Source of the DNA: Actinomycetales bacterium
GTDB taxonomy: Bacteria > Actinomycetota > Actinomycetes > Actinomycetales > CAVURS01
Reading direction: 5' to 3'
DNA: 33,961 bases
Assembly: GCA_045807245.1 (NCBI GenBank)
Contig: JBJMHS010000026.1
Coordinates: forward strand, 1-33,961
Both the position numbers and the translations under genes were made by a program. The stretch's first letter is position 1. Every line of letters begins with the position of its first letter. The notes beneath the pieces were generated by a model that saw nothing but the letters and a program-made list of their open reading frames with translations, made no database searches and had not been told where the DNA came from. Positions 8,863 to 17,133 of this stretch are shown here, piece by piece.

Positions 8863-9635
8863 CGCGCTGCCTCTCTGTCCACTTCCTCGGGAAGCTCGTA
8901 CCAGGGCGACTTGCGTCCGATGATGCTGCGCGCTCGCCATCGCATGGACTTCGGCGCGCTGTCGAGGGCCGTGCGGAGACCGTCGAACCGGAAGAGGACC
9001 GGGCCGGCGAGGTCCGGCTCGAGCAGCTCGGGCACTGCGGTGCGGACCGTCTCGAGGTTGTCCGTGAACGTCGTGTACCAGCCCCAGTCCCCGCTGGTCA
9101 CCGCGCGCAGACGCTGCAGCGACAAGGTGTCGTCATCGGTGTCCGTGTCTACCACGTCGTGGGTCAGGACGATGCGTACGGCGTCGACGACGTCCTTGTG
9201 GTTGATCTCGGCGATCTGGAGCTTGGTGAGCAGGAGGTCCGCGGCGCCCAGGGCCTGATGGTGCCGGCCCAGCCGCCGGCCCAGCTCGAGCTCATGGCAC
9301 ATCGCGAACACGCCCACGAACACATCGAGCTGGCGCCCGTTCCGGTTGTCGTAGAACAACATTCGCTTGGCCCCGTGCAGCGCGTTGAACCGCTCGTTGG
9401 GGACGTAGCCCGACGCAACCAGGACCGCGCTCGTTGCGCGGGTGGCCTTCGCCGGTACGACGACGTCGATGTCGCCGTACGTCCGGTTGAGGCTGTCCGG
9501 TACTGCGCGATGGTCGTGCAGAGCGACGCCCGTGCCGCCGAGGACCCGCATGGTGACGTCCTGTGCGGCGGCAGCGCCGACGACTCGCCGCGCCTCGGCC
9601 ACGACGTCGGCGAGCGGCGCATCGGTGTCGGTCAT
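8859..9635 (-). CDS. Uncharacterised Pol-beta-superfamily nucleotidyltransferase
   Basis: RVLGGTGV...RTYGDIDVVV (hGG...DxD) plus a third acidic residue in RQLDVFV; ATG overlaps the upstream TGA (ATGA). Confidence 0.75.
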   Translation of the reverse strand: MTDTDAPLADVVAEARRVVGAAAAQDVTMRVLGGTGVALHDHRAVPDSLNRTYGDIDVVVPAKATRATSAVLVASGYVPNERFNALHGAKRMLFYDNRNGRQLDVFVGVFAMCHELELGRRLGRHHQALGAADLLLTKLQIAEINHKDVVDAVRIVLTHDVVDTDTDDDTLSLQRLRAVTSGDWGWYTTFTDNLETVRTAVPELLEPDLAGPVLFRFDGLRTALDSAPKSMRWRARSIIGRKSPWYELPEEVDREAAR

Positions 9636-11749
9636 GCGGGGTCACCGATGGTCGCGCGGTGGATGGTCGCGTAGTGCTCGGCCTTGGCCTCGTCGCTCGG
9701 GAAGTTGTACGACTCCTTCCCGGCCAGGCGCGCCACGTGGTACCCGACCAGGGCGAGCGGCAGTGCGGCCGTCACGGGGGAGACCTCCTCCGGCACTCCC
9801 GTCGCCAGCGCGAGGTGGCTCTCCGGGACGGCGAGGTTGCCCGTCACGCGGTCGCTGACCACGACCGGGTGCGCCCCGACGAAGCGGAGCTCGGCCAGGA
9901 TCTCCTCGCCGCGATCGTGCGCCGCGCCCGATGGGTTCACCAGGACCACGGCGTCATCGGGCGTCGTCACGAAGTACTCCTCGTGCGCCCACTCCTCGAG
10001 GTTCGTCGCGACGCCCAGCTGTTGAGGTCCTTCGAACAGCTTGGCCGCGCCGAACCGGGCGGTCGCCTCGTTCGGACCTGCACCGAGGTACATCACGCGC
10101 GGCCGGCCGACGAGCAGCTCAGCGACCGGCCTCGCTGCGTCGGCCGCGAGCGCCAGCGTGCGCGACGCCTGCTCGGGCAGCTCGCCCAGCGCGCGGGTCA
10201 GCGTCTCGTCCCCTCGCGTCAGCTCACTGAGGGCGGCCGCGAGCCGCAGCAGCGAACCCAGCATCGCAACGTAGGTCGACGTGCCGGGGGAGAAGCCCAG
10301 TGTGGGGACGTCGAGGGGTATGACGGCGTCGGCGGACTGCGCGAGCGGCGCCTCGGGTGCGTTGGTCAGGGCGTAGGTCGGGTGTCCGAGCCGCCCGGCC
10401 TGCACCAGCGCCTCGGTGGTCCGGCCGACCTTGCCGCTGAACGAGACACCGATCACCGCGCTGCTCGTCGGCAGGTAGCGCGCGTGGTAACGCGCCAGGT
10501 CGAGCGCATGCACGGGGTGGGGCACCACGTCCGTGTGCTTGGCGAAGGCCAGCGCGGCGGCCTGACCCGCGAAGGCGCTGTCACCGCATCCGGTCAGCCA
10601 GATGTGCTCGGCCCCTTGCGCCAGCAGCAGTTTCGCGAGCGAGCGGATATGTCCGTCGGCGTCGTCCACGGCGGCGGCCACGATGTCAGGGATCATCGCG
10701 ATCTCACGGCGCATGACGTCGATGGCGAACGGGCTCGGCTCGGGCGGCCTCGGCTCGGGCGGGCTTGGCTCGGTCGGGCTCGGCTCGGTCGGCCTCCCGT
10801 TCTGGACGGTGGTCCGGGATGGCGCTGAGGCGGGCGCGTCGCGCTCCTCGGACGTCACGGTGACTCCGAGCAGCCGCAGGCTGCCTGACGAGCCGATCGC
10901 CGTGCCGGCCACGGTCACGCCCAGCCGGACCGCGTCGACCACCGGCAGGCAAGCGGCCAGGCCGGCAGCCAGCCCGCCGCAGAACGCGTCGCCGGCACCC
11001 GTCGTGTCGACCACCGTCACGGAGCCGAGGGCGGGGACGTGTGTGGTCGACGACCCTTCGAGGACATAGGCGCCGTCGGCACCGGCCTTGACCACCACCG
11101 TGTGCAGTCCGTACCCGGCGAGCGCCGCCAGCGCGTCCGGGACCCCCGTCGTACCGGTCAGCTCCTCCAGCTCCTCCAGGCTCGGGACGAACAGGTCCAC
11201 CTGGTGCGCCAATGCGAGCACCCGGTCGCGATGGTCGACGGTCCAGTCCTCGTGGGTATCCAGGGTGATCAGCGCCGTGGGTGCGACCAGGCGGAGCTGG
11301 GCGACGACCTGCTCTGCGTTGGCCAGCGGCATGGCCGCCACGTGGACCACGTCCGCGTCGGCCACCAGCTCGGCCGGCAGGTCCTCAGGAGTGGGCGCGA
11401 CCTCGGCCGACCGCGCCTCGGGTGTCCGGTACAGCCAGTGGCGTCGGCCGTCGCTCTCGTAGACCACCCAGTTCCGCACTGTGGGACCGGGCACCTCGCG
11501 CACTCCGGACAGGTCGACTCCCGCAGCGGCCAAGGAGTCGAGCGCATCGGCCGGGAAGTCCTCACCTCGCCGGGTCACCACGGAGACCGTGGCGCCGCAA
11601 GCGATTGCGGCCGTCGCGGCGTGGACCGTGTTGCCACCCAGCCGAGCCATCAGCGTGATGCCGTCGGGCTGGACCACGTCGTCGATGGTGAGGTTGCCCA
11701 CGACCACGACGCGGCCCAGCCCGGCGGCGTTCACTCCTGCATCATCCAC
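9632..11749 (-). CDS. Fusion of PfkB-family carbohydrate kinase and tandem-SIS sugar-phosphate isomerase/deglycase-like protein
   Basis: N-terminal VVGNLTIDD, LGGN, VVKAGADGA, VVDTTGAGDAFCGG. C-terminal LTGCGDS, VSFSGK, GAAKLFEG, EEWAH. Pro-rich linker between the two parts. Confidence 0.88.
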   Translation of the reverse strand: MDDAGVNAAGLGRVVVVGNLTIDDVVQPDGITLMARLGGNTVHAATAAIACGATVSVVTRRGEDFPADALDSLAAAGVDLSGVREVPGPTVRNWVVYESDGRRHWLYRTPEARSAEVAPTPEDLPAELVADADVVHVAAMPLANAEQVVAQLRLVAPTALITLDTHEDWTVDHRDRVLALAHQVDLFVPSLEELEELTGTTGVPDALAALAGYGLHTVVVKAGADGAYVLEGSSTTHVPALGSVTVVDTTGAGDAFCGGLAAGLAACLPVVDAVRLGVTVAGTAIGSSGSLRLLGVTVTSEERDAPASAPSRTTVQNGRPTEPSPTEPSPPEPRPPEPSPFAIDVMRREIAMIPDIVAAAVDDADGHIRSLAKLLLAQGAEHIWLTGCGDSAFAGQAAALAFAKHTDVVPHPVHALDLARYHARYLPTSSAVIGVSFSGKVGRTTEALVQAGRLGHPTYALTNAPEAPLAQSADAVIPLDVPTLGFSPGTSTYVAMLGSLLRLAAALSELTRGDETLTRALGELPEQASRTLALAADAARPVAELLVGRPRVMYLGAGPNEATARFGAAKLFEGPQQLGVATNLEEWAHEEYFVTTPDDAVVLVNPSGAAHDRGEEILAELRFVGAHPVVVSDRVTGNLAVPESHLALATGVPEEVSPVTAALPLALVGYHVARLAGKESYNFPSDEAKAEHYATIHRATIGDPA
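10730..10796 (-). repeat. 15-bp coding tandem repeat (about 4.5 units) forming the PTEPS/PPEPR linker
   Basis: Plus strand CGGGCTCGGCTCGGG, CGGCCTCGGCTCGGG, CGGGCTTGGCTCGGT, CGGGCTCGGCTCGGT. Confidence 0.85.
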
Positions 11750-11773
11750 TGGACCCCCTGACGGTCTGCTGGG

Positions 11774-13447
11774 TCATTCCGGCGGGATCTCCCGGTAGGC
11801 CAGCGCCATGTTGACGCCTCGCCGCTTGTTGAGGACCCACGCCCCGGCGTACCAGATCGCTCCCACGACCACGACGCCGACCATGAACTTGATCGAGATG
11901 CCGCGCGTCACGGCGAACGTCGCGTTCACGGTGTCGTTCGCGATGAACATGATCATCAGGCCGCCCAGGGCGATGACGCCGCCCAGCCCGGCCAACGTGA
12001 TCGCCGGTACGCCGAGGATGCGCCGGCCACCGCCGCCCTCCCACACCTGCGGCAGCCGGTACGGGAAGACGACCCCGGCCAGGCTGACCACGATGAAGGC
12101 AGCGATCTGCGCCAGCAGGGCCCCGAGCAGGCTGGCCTGCGGGATGCGCACCAGGGCGACGAGGGCGATGACGCCGGTCACGGCGCAGAGCAGGATCGCC
12201 TTGACCGGTGTGTGGTAGCGGTCGTTGACCTCGCCGAGCTGGCGCGGCACGGTCCGGTCGAGCGACCAGGCCAGCATGTAGCGCGTCGCCTGCAGGGTGG
12301 ACAGCGGCGTACCCATCAGCGCCCACAGGATGAAACCGACGCCGATGATCAGCAGCAGCGGCACGCTGCCCGTGAGCATGCTGCCGATCAGCGTGATGCT
12401 CGGTGGCAGCCCGCCCGGGATGCTGAGCTTGTCCGGCGCAGTGTTGTTCAGGTACGACAGGCTGCCGGCCCAGGTGCTGCCGACCGTGTGCTGGTACAGC
12501 AGCACGATCAGGGCGAGAGCCGCGCCGTTGATCAGCACGCCACCGACCATGGCGAAGTACTGGTTGCGGCTGGCCCGCTTGACCTCGCCGCCGATCTGGG
12601 CCGACCCCTGCGCATACCCGACGACGAAGAACACCCACGGCAGCATGAGGATCGTCGCCGTCAGGCTGAACCCCTTGCCACTGTCGAACCCGGCCGTCTT
12701 GGCCGCGCTGACGATGTTGTTGTAGGCGATGCCCTTGTCGGTGGCGGCGAACTCGTTCCAGGACTGAGCCACCTGGCCACCGCGGAAGAGCAGCAGCCCC
12801 GCAACCAGGACCAGGCTGAGCCCGGCGAGACCGAACAGCCACTTCTGCACGCGCCAGTACGACTGCGAGCCGTAGATGAGCAGTGCGGCGAAGCCGAAGG
12901 TCAGCAGTGCACCGAAGACGATGACCCACCACTGGGTCGTGATGCCCAGCACCGTGTGTTGGGCCAGCAGCGAGTTGCTGGCGTCGATGAACCCGGTGTG
13001 GTGCGTGACGGCGCCGATGGTGGTCATCGTGACCGGCACCGCGAAGGTCAGCGCGAACCAGGCGTTGAAGCCGATCCAGAAGAAGATCAGCCACATGCCC
13101 TGGCTGAACGACAGCAGCCAGCCCACGACGGGATGCAGTGCCCGGCTGACGAACACGTAGTCACCGCCCGAGCGGGGCATGGCCGCCGCGAACTCGGCGT
13201 ACACCCACAGCAAGGTGAAGGCCATCACCAGGGTGCCGATGACGATGGACAGCAGCATGCTGCCGCCGGGGAAGTTGCCCGGTGCCTGCAGCAGGAGGAA
13301 CACCGCGCCCAGGGCGACGTTCATGCCGAGGGTGTTCATGATGAGGGCGTCCCACCGGGAGACCTCTCTCACCAGACCGGTCGCGTTCCTCACGAACAGC
13401 TGACCGTCGTCGGCGAAGTCCGACGGCATCGAAACGTCGCTTGCCAT
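11774..13447 (-). CDS. APC-family amino acid/polyamine permease
   Basis: LFVRNATGLVREVS, AMPRSGGDYVFVSR, GGEVK, RYMLAWSLDR..P, terminal YREIPPE; many TM segments; GGAGGAG RBS before ATG 13447. Confidence 0.9.
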   Translation of the reverse strand: MASDVSMPSDFADDGQLFVRNATGLVREVSRWDALIMNTLGMNVALGAVFLLLQAPGNFPGGSMLLSIVIGTLVMAFTLLWVYAEFAAAMPRSGGDYVFVSRALHPVVGWLLSFSQGMWLIFFWIGFNAWFALTFAVPVTMTTIGAVTHHTGFIDASNSLLAQHTVLGITTQWWVIVFGALLTFGFAALLIYGSQSYWRVQKWLFGLAGLSLVLVAGLLLFRGGQVAQSWNEFAATDKGIAYNNIVSAAKTAGFDSGKGFSLTATILMLPWVFFVVGYAQGSAQIGGEVKRASRNQYFAMVGGVLINGAALALIVLLYQHTVGSTWAGSLSYLNNTAPDKLSIPGGLPPSITLIGSMLTGSVPLLLIIGVGFILWALMGTPLSTLQATRYMLAWSLDRTVPRQLGEVNDRYHTPVKAILLCAVTGVIALVALVRIPQASLLGALLAQIAAFIVVSLAGVVFPYRLPQVWEGGGGRRILGVPAITLAGLGGVIALGGLMIMFIANDTVNATFAVTRGISIKFMVGVVVVGAIWYAGAWVLNKRRGVNMALAYREIPPE

Positions 13448-13516
13448 TTTCTCCTCCAGCAACATGCAGGGGTGAGTGCCGGATTACCTTGTGTCGCGAT
13501 CTCTGTGGTGTCGGGG

Positions 13517-14293
13517 CTATCCCTCGGTCCGGCTCTCGATGGCGAACCGGAAGTGTTCGGGCCGGTAGAGCACGTCGGAGTACTCCACCGGTCGTTCCTG
13601 CTGGCTCCTCGTGATGCCGACGACGCGCAGCAGCGGTGAGCCGGGGGTGAGGCCCAGCAGCTCCGCGTCCTCCAGCCCGGCCCGGCCCACCTCGACCAGG
13701 TTGTCGGCCGAGGTCATGCGGATGCCGTGCTCCTCGGCGAGCGCGTCGTACAGGGAGCCTCCGCCGAGGTCGTACGACGCCATGCCGCGCGCCAGCCGCG
13801 CCGGCAGCCAGGCGGTGAGCAGGGCGAGCGGAGTGTGGTCGAGCCGGGCCAGGCGGCGCAGACACCAGGCTTCGTTGCGGCGAAGGGACAGGGCCGACGC
13901 GACGTCTTCCGGCGCCGGCCGCAGGTCGCTGGACAGGACCTCGACGGTCGCGTGGTGGCCCTGTCGCTCCATCGAGGCGTGGAAGCTGCCCAGGATCTGG
14001 ATCTTCTCGACCAGCTTGCGCTCGCGGACGAAGGTTCCCTTGCCGCGGGTCCGGTCGACGTACCCCTCCTTGGTGAGGTCGACCATCGCCTGCCGCACCG
14101 GAGCCAAGCTCACGCCCAAGGCGGCGGCCAGGTCGCGCTCGCGTGGCAGCTGCTCGCCCGGACGCAGCCAGCCTTGCTCGATCCCTTGCAGCACAGCGAC
14201 TTTGATCTGGTGGTGCAGTGGGGCGGGGTTGTGCCGGTGGACGGCGTCGGCCAGTCGGTCCCGTACGGCAGGGTCCGCCAGCACAGTCAGCAC
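13517..14293 (-). CDS. GntR-family (HutC/UTRA subfamily) transcriptional regulator
   Basis: PLHHQI...PGEQLPRERDLAAALGVSLAPVRQAM..L..EG...RTRGKGTFV winged HTH, then a UTRA-like domain (SLYDAL, PVEYSDVLYR). Confidence 0.92.
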   Translation of the reverse strand: MLTVLADPAVRDRLADAVHRHNPAPLHHQIKVAVLQGIEQGWLRPGEQLPRERDLAAALGVSLAPVRQAMVDLTKEGYVDRTRGKGTFVRERKLVEKIQILGSFHASMERQGHHATVEVLSSDLRPAPEDVASALSLRRNEAWCLRRLARLDHTPLALLTAWLPARLARGMASYDLGGGSLYDALAEEHGIRMTSADNLVEVGRAGLEDAELLGLTPGSPLLRVVGITRSQQERPVEYSDVLYRPEHFRFAIESRTEG

Positions 14294-14299
14294 GGCAGA

Positions 14300-14327
14300 A
14301 GACTACAAAGTTATAATCTAATGTCAA
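14300..14327 (-). promoter_or_regulatory. Housekeeping-sigma promoter, leaderless start of the gntR operon
   Basis: TTGACA-N16-TAGTCT, then 6 nt to GTG 14293; AT-rich spacer containing TTATAA. Confidence 0.7.
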
Positions 14328-14347
14328 GGTTGCGCGGAGCGCCAGCT

Positions 14348-15169
14348 TCACCTCCGGCGGTAGATGGCGAGGGACCCGGCGAGTACGGCGAGGAAGCCGA
14401 GCCCGAACAGCCAGGTGAGCGGCCGCCCGGTGTCGATCTCGCCGCTCGCGCGGACGACGCCGGCCCCGATGAGCACCAGCATGAACACCTCGACTTCCAC
14501 CATCACGCGGATGCAGCTCAACCGCCGTTCCGTGAAGGCACCCACGGCTGCGATGCCGAGCGCCAGGATCGCGGCCATCACGCGAGCGGTGAGCGGCGTG
14601 AGCAGCCAGGGCCAGACGGAGATCGCCCGTCCGGGGTCGAGGAAGGTGAAGGCGCTGGTCAGAGCCGCGAGGACGCCGACCGACCCGATCACGTTGGCCG
14701 TCCAGGCCGGCACGGTCGGCTCGTCCGGTCGGGCCGGAGCCTCGGTCCGGCGGTTCAGCAGCCAGACGGCGAAGACGAGGAACGGCGTGGTGAAGTACAG
14801 CCCGACCCACAGCCAGAACGCGACGTGCCCGTGGTCGAACCGGTCCCAGTGCAGCACCGTCGCGATGGCCATCAGCGACGCGAAGGTCCCGACCGGCACG
14901 AAGCCGGCCTTGATGGTGGGCCAGCGCAGCGCGCGGTAGGCGCGGACGAAGAAGTACGCGCCGCCGAGGTAGACGGCGCCGAGCACCATGGCCGACAGCG
15001 TCGGCTTGATCGGCCACGCGAACACCCGGTCGGTGTCGGTCGGCCAGATGTAGAGCACGACGAACGCCGCGACGAGGAAAGGCACGATCGTGGCGGACAG
15101 TGCGCGCGTGATGGGCAGGACGCGGTCGTCCCGCACCCGGTCCACCCGGTCCCCGGCCTCGACGCTCAT
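14348..15169 (-). CDS. Hypothetical integral membrane protein
   Basis: Multiple hydrophobic helices with an internally repeated FAWPIKPTLSA / WPWLLTPLTAR motif; start chosen at MSVEAG, the track start 15229 is also possible. Confidence 0.7.
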   Translation of the reverse strand: MSVEAGDRVDRVRDDRVLPITRALSATIVPFLVAAFVVLYIWPTDTDRVFAWPIKPTLSAMVLGAVYLGGAYFFVRAYRALRWPTIKAGFVPVGTFASLMAIATVLHWDRFDHGHVAFWLWVGLYFTTPFLVFAVWLLNRRTEAPARPDEPTVPAWTANVIGSVGVLAALTSAFTFLDPGRAISVWPWLLTPLTARVMAAILALGIAAVGAFTERRLSCIRVMVEVEVFMLVLIGAGVVRASGEIDTGRPLTWLFGLGFLAVLAGSLAIYRRR

Positions 15170-15304
15170 GGTCAGCCGTCCAGGATCCACCGCACCGGGC
15201 GAAGCTGGGCCCGGTCGAGCACTGTGCATCGGCCCACGAGCAGATCGTAGGGCGCTGCGCGCTGCGGCGGAGCCGATCAGTCAGGTCGCTCGACACAAGG
15301 AGCG

Positions 15305-16465
15305 TCATGCGCCGAAAGCGGCCCGACCGCGCAGCACGAGCACTAGCGCGACGACGACGGCGGGCAGGGCGACCCACGGCAGGAGACCGGTCCCGGCGCC
15401 GTCCACCACGACGCCACCGGCGAGCGAGCCCGCGGCCACTCCGATGTTGTAGACGGTGGTCTGCAGCGACCCCGCCGCCGTCGCGTCGGCGACTCCAGCC
15501 GCGCGGACCAGCGCGGCCTGCAACGCCGTCGGCAGCCCGCCGAACGCCAGGCCCCAGACGATGACGGCGACGACCAGCGACGCGGCGGAGCCGCCCATCG
15601 CGCCCGTGAGCGCCAAGGCCGCGGCGACAGTGACGATTGAAGCCGTCGTGAGCCCCCGCAGATGGCGGTCGACCAGGACCCCGGTGAGGCAGATCCCGGC
15701 GAGGGCGCTGGCTCCGAAGGCCAGCAGCACCAGGCTCGGCCGGTCGACCCCCGCGTGACGGGCCAGGAGCGCGAGGAACGTGTATGCAGCCTGGTGTCCG
15801 AGCAACACGGTGCCGGTGACGGCCAGCACCCGGGCAACTCCTGGCCGCGCGATCACCGCGCTCAGGCGGGCGCCTGGCCCGGCGGGTGGAGCGGGCAGCG
15901 GTGGCAGCGTCGCCATCAGCCAGGCACCGACCACGACAGCCCCGGCGGCGAGACCCAAGAACGTTGCGCGCCAACCGAACCGGCTGGCCACTGCCGTCCC
16001 GGCCGGCAGGCCGACGACCAGGGCGACCGTGATACCGGCCAGCGCGATGGCTACGGCTCGGCCCTGGCGCTTCAGCGGTGCGATCCCTGTGGCGTACCCG
16101 GCGATCATCGACCAGGCCACGCCACCCAGCAGGCCGACGCCGACCCGGGTGGCGAGCACCACGCCGTACGACGAGCAGGCTGCCGTAACCACGTTGCCCA
16201 GTGCGAAGCCGGCCAGGACACAGAGCATCAGGGGCCGCCGTGGCAGCCGGCGGGTCGCGGCGGTCAGCGGGATCGCCGACACGGTGGCGGCGCCGGCGTA
16301 GGCGGAGGCGAGGAAGCCGACTCGTCCGTCGCTCACGTGCAGCGCGGCGCCCATCGCGCTGATCACGCCGATCGGCATGAGCTCGGTCACCAGGATGAGC
16401 GCTGCCGTGGTGGACAGGCCGGTCAGCGCGGCGTACGGCAACCGGTCGGGGTTCGTCGACAGCAT
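15305..16465 (-). CDS. MFS transporter (AraJ/DHA1-like efflux)
   Basis: VTELMPIG, RRLPRRPLM, GRAVAIALAG..GLPAGT..FGWR, YNIGVAAGSLAGG; about 12 TM segments. Confidence 0.88.
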   Translation of the reverse strand: MLSTNPDRLPYAALTGLSTTAALILVTELMPIGVISAMGAALHVSDGRVGFLASAYAGAATVSAIPLTAATRRLPRRPLMLCVLAGFALGNVVTAACSSYGVVLATRVGVGLLGGVAWSMIAGYATGIAPLKRQGRAVAIALAGITVALVVGLPAGTAVASRFGWRATFLGLAAGAVVVGAWLMATLPPLPAPPAGPGARLSAVIARPGVARVLAVTGTVLLGHQAAYTFLALLARHAGVDRPSLVLLAFGASALAGICLTGVLVDRHLRGLTTASIVTVAAALALTGAMGGSAASLVVAVIVWGLAFGGLPTALQAALVRAAGVADATAAGSLQTTVYNIGVAAGSLAGGVVVDGAGTGLLPWVALPAVVVALVLVLRGRAAFGA

Positions 16466-16471
16466 GCGACC

Positions 16472-16503
16472 ATGGTTGAACCTTCACATCGGTGTGAAGG
16501 CAA
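16472..16503 (-). promoter_or_regulatory. MerR-type long-spacer promoter with dyad operator
   Basis: Minus strand TTGCCT-N20-AACCAT, 6 nt before ATG 16465. Inverted repeat CCTTCACA-TCGG-TGTGAAGG (16481-16500) spans the spacer. Confidence 0.7.
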
Positions 16504-16526
16504 GTCCTGATGCGAGGGAGTACGAC

Positions 16527-16925
16527 GTGCTGATCGGCGAGCTGTCCCAGCGCACGGACGTGCCGGCCAGGATGCTCCGTTACTACGAGGAGCAGGGCCT
16601 GCTGGAGCCGGCCCGGGACGACAACGGCTACCGGTCCTACGCGCCGACCGACACCTATCGCGCCCTGCAGATCCGCGGCCTGCTGCAGGCCGGCCTGACC
16701 ACCGAGATCATCCGGGACATCCTCCCCTGCCTGGACGACCCCGAGCAGGTGCGCATCACACCTACCCGCCTCGCACCCGAGACAGCCGCCGCCCTGCAGC
16801 GCCATCTGGACCGCGTCGACCAACGCATCGACTGCCTGTCCCGCAACCGGGACGCGCTGCGGGCCTACGTCGCCGCGGTCAGCCCGCAGCCCGCACGTCG
16901 GCGCAGTCGTCGCGCAGCACCTTGA
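16527..16925 (+). CDS. MerR-family transcriptional regulator
   Basis: (V)LIGELSQRTDVPARMLRYYEEQGLL.P.R..NGYRSY; GAGGGAG RBS before GTG 16527; divergent from the MFS gene. Confidence 0.9.
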   Translation: MLIGELSQRTDVPARMLRYYEEQGLLEPARDDNGYRSYAPTDTYRALQIRGLLQAGLTTEIIRDILPCLDDPEQVRITPTRLAPETAAALQRHLDRVDQRIDCLSRNRDALRAYVAAVSPQPARRRSRRAAP

Positions 16926-17133
16926 CCGTGGAGGCCGGGTCCTTCAGGAGCTTCCCGGCCGGACGGATCGGGCGCGGGACGAAGTTGCCGCCGCAGTTCG
17001 GGCACACGCCGTGGAACCGGTTCTCGACACAGTCGGCGCAGAACGTGCACTCGTAGGTGCAGATCCGGGCCTCGGTGCTCTCCGGCGCGAGGCGCTTGTC
17101 GCAGCACTCACAGGTCGGCCGCAGCTCCAGCAC
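16879..17133 (-). CDS. DUF1272-family Cys-rich small protein
   Basis: (V)LELRPTCECCD...ARICTYECTFCADC....CPNCGGNFVPRPIRP; AGGAGG RBS before GTG 17133. Confidence 0.85.
   Translation of the reverse strand: MLELRPTCECCDKRLAPESTEARICTYECTFCADCVENRFHGVCPNCGGNFVPRPIRPAGKLLKDPASTVKVLRDDCADVRAAG

Noticed and set aside
7350..9635. Nucleotidyltransferase/phosphoesterase/LOG trio as a CBASS- or Thoeris-like anti-phage system
   Set aside because: No recognisable CD-NTase, TIR, Cap or effector features, and the genes are coupled to a transporter, sugar kinase and metabolic regulator; a metabolic or regulatory role fits better, though signalling is not excluded.
13161..16823. 1220-aa minus-strand ORF
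   Set aside because: Arg/Gly/Pro-rich off-frame shadow across five genes with clear family motifs; long stop-free frames are expected at this GC content.
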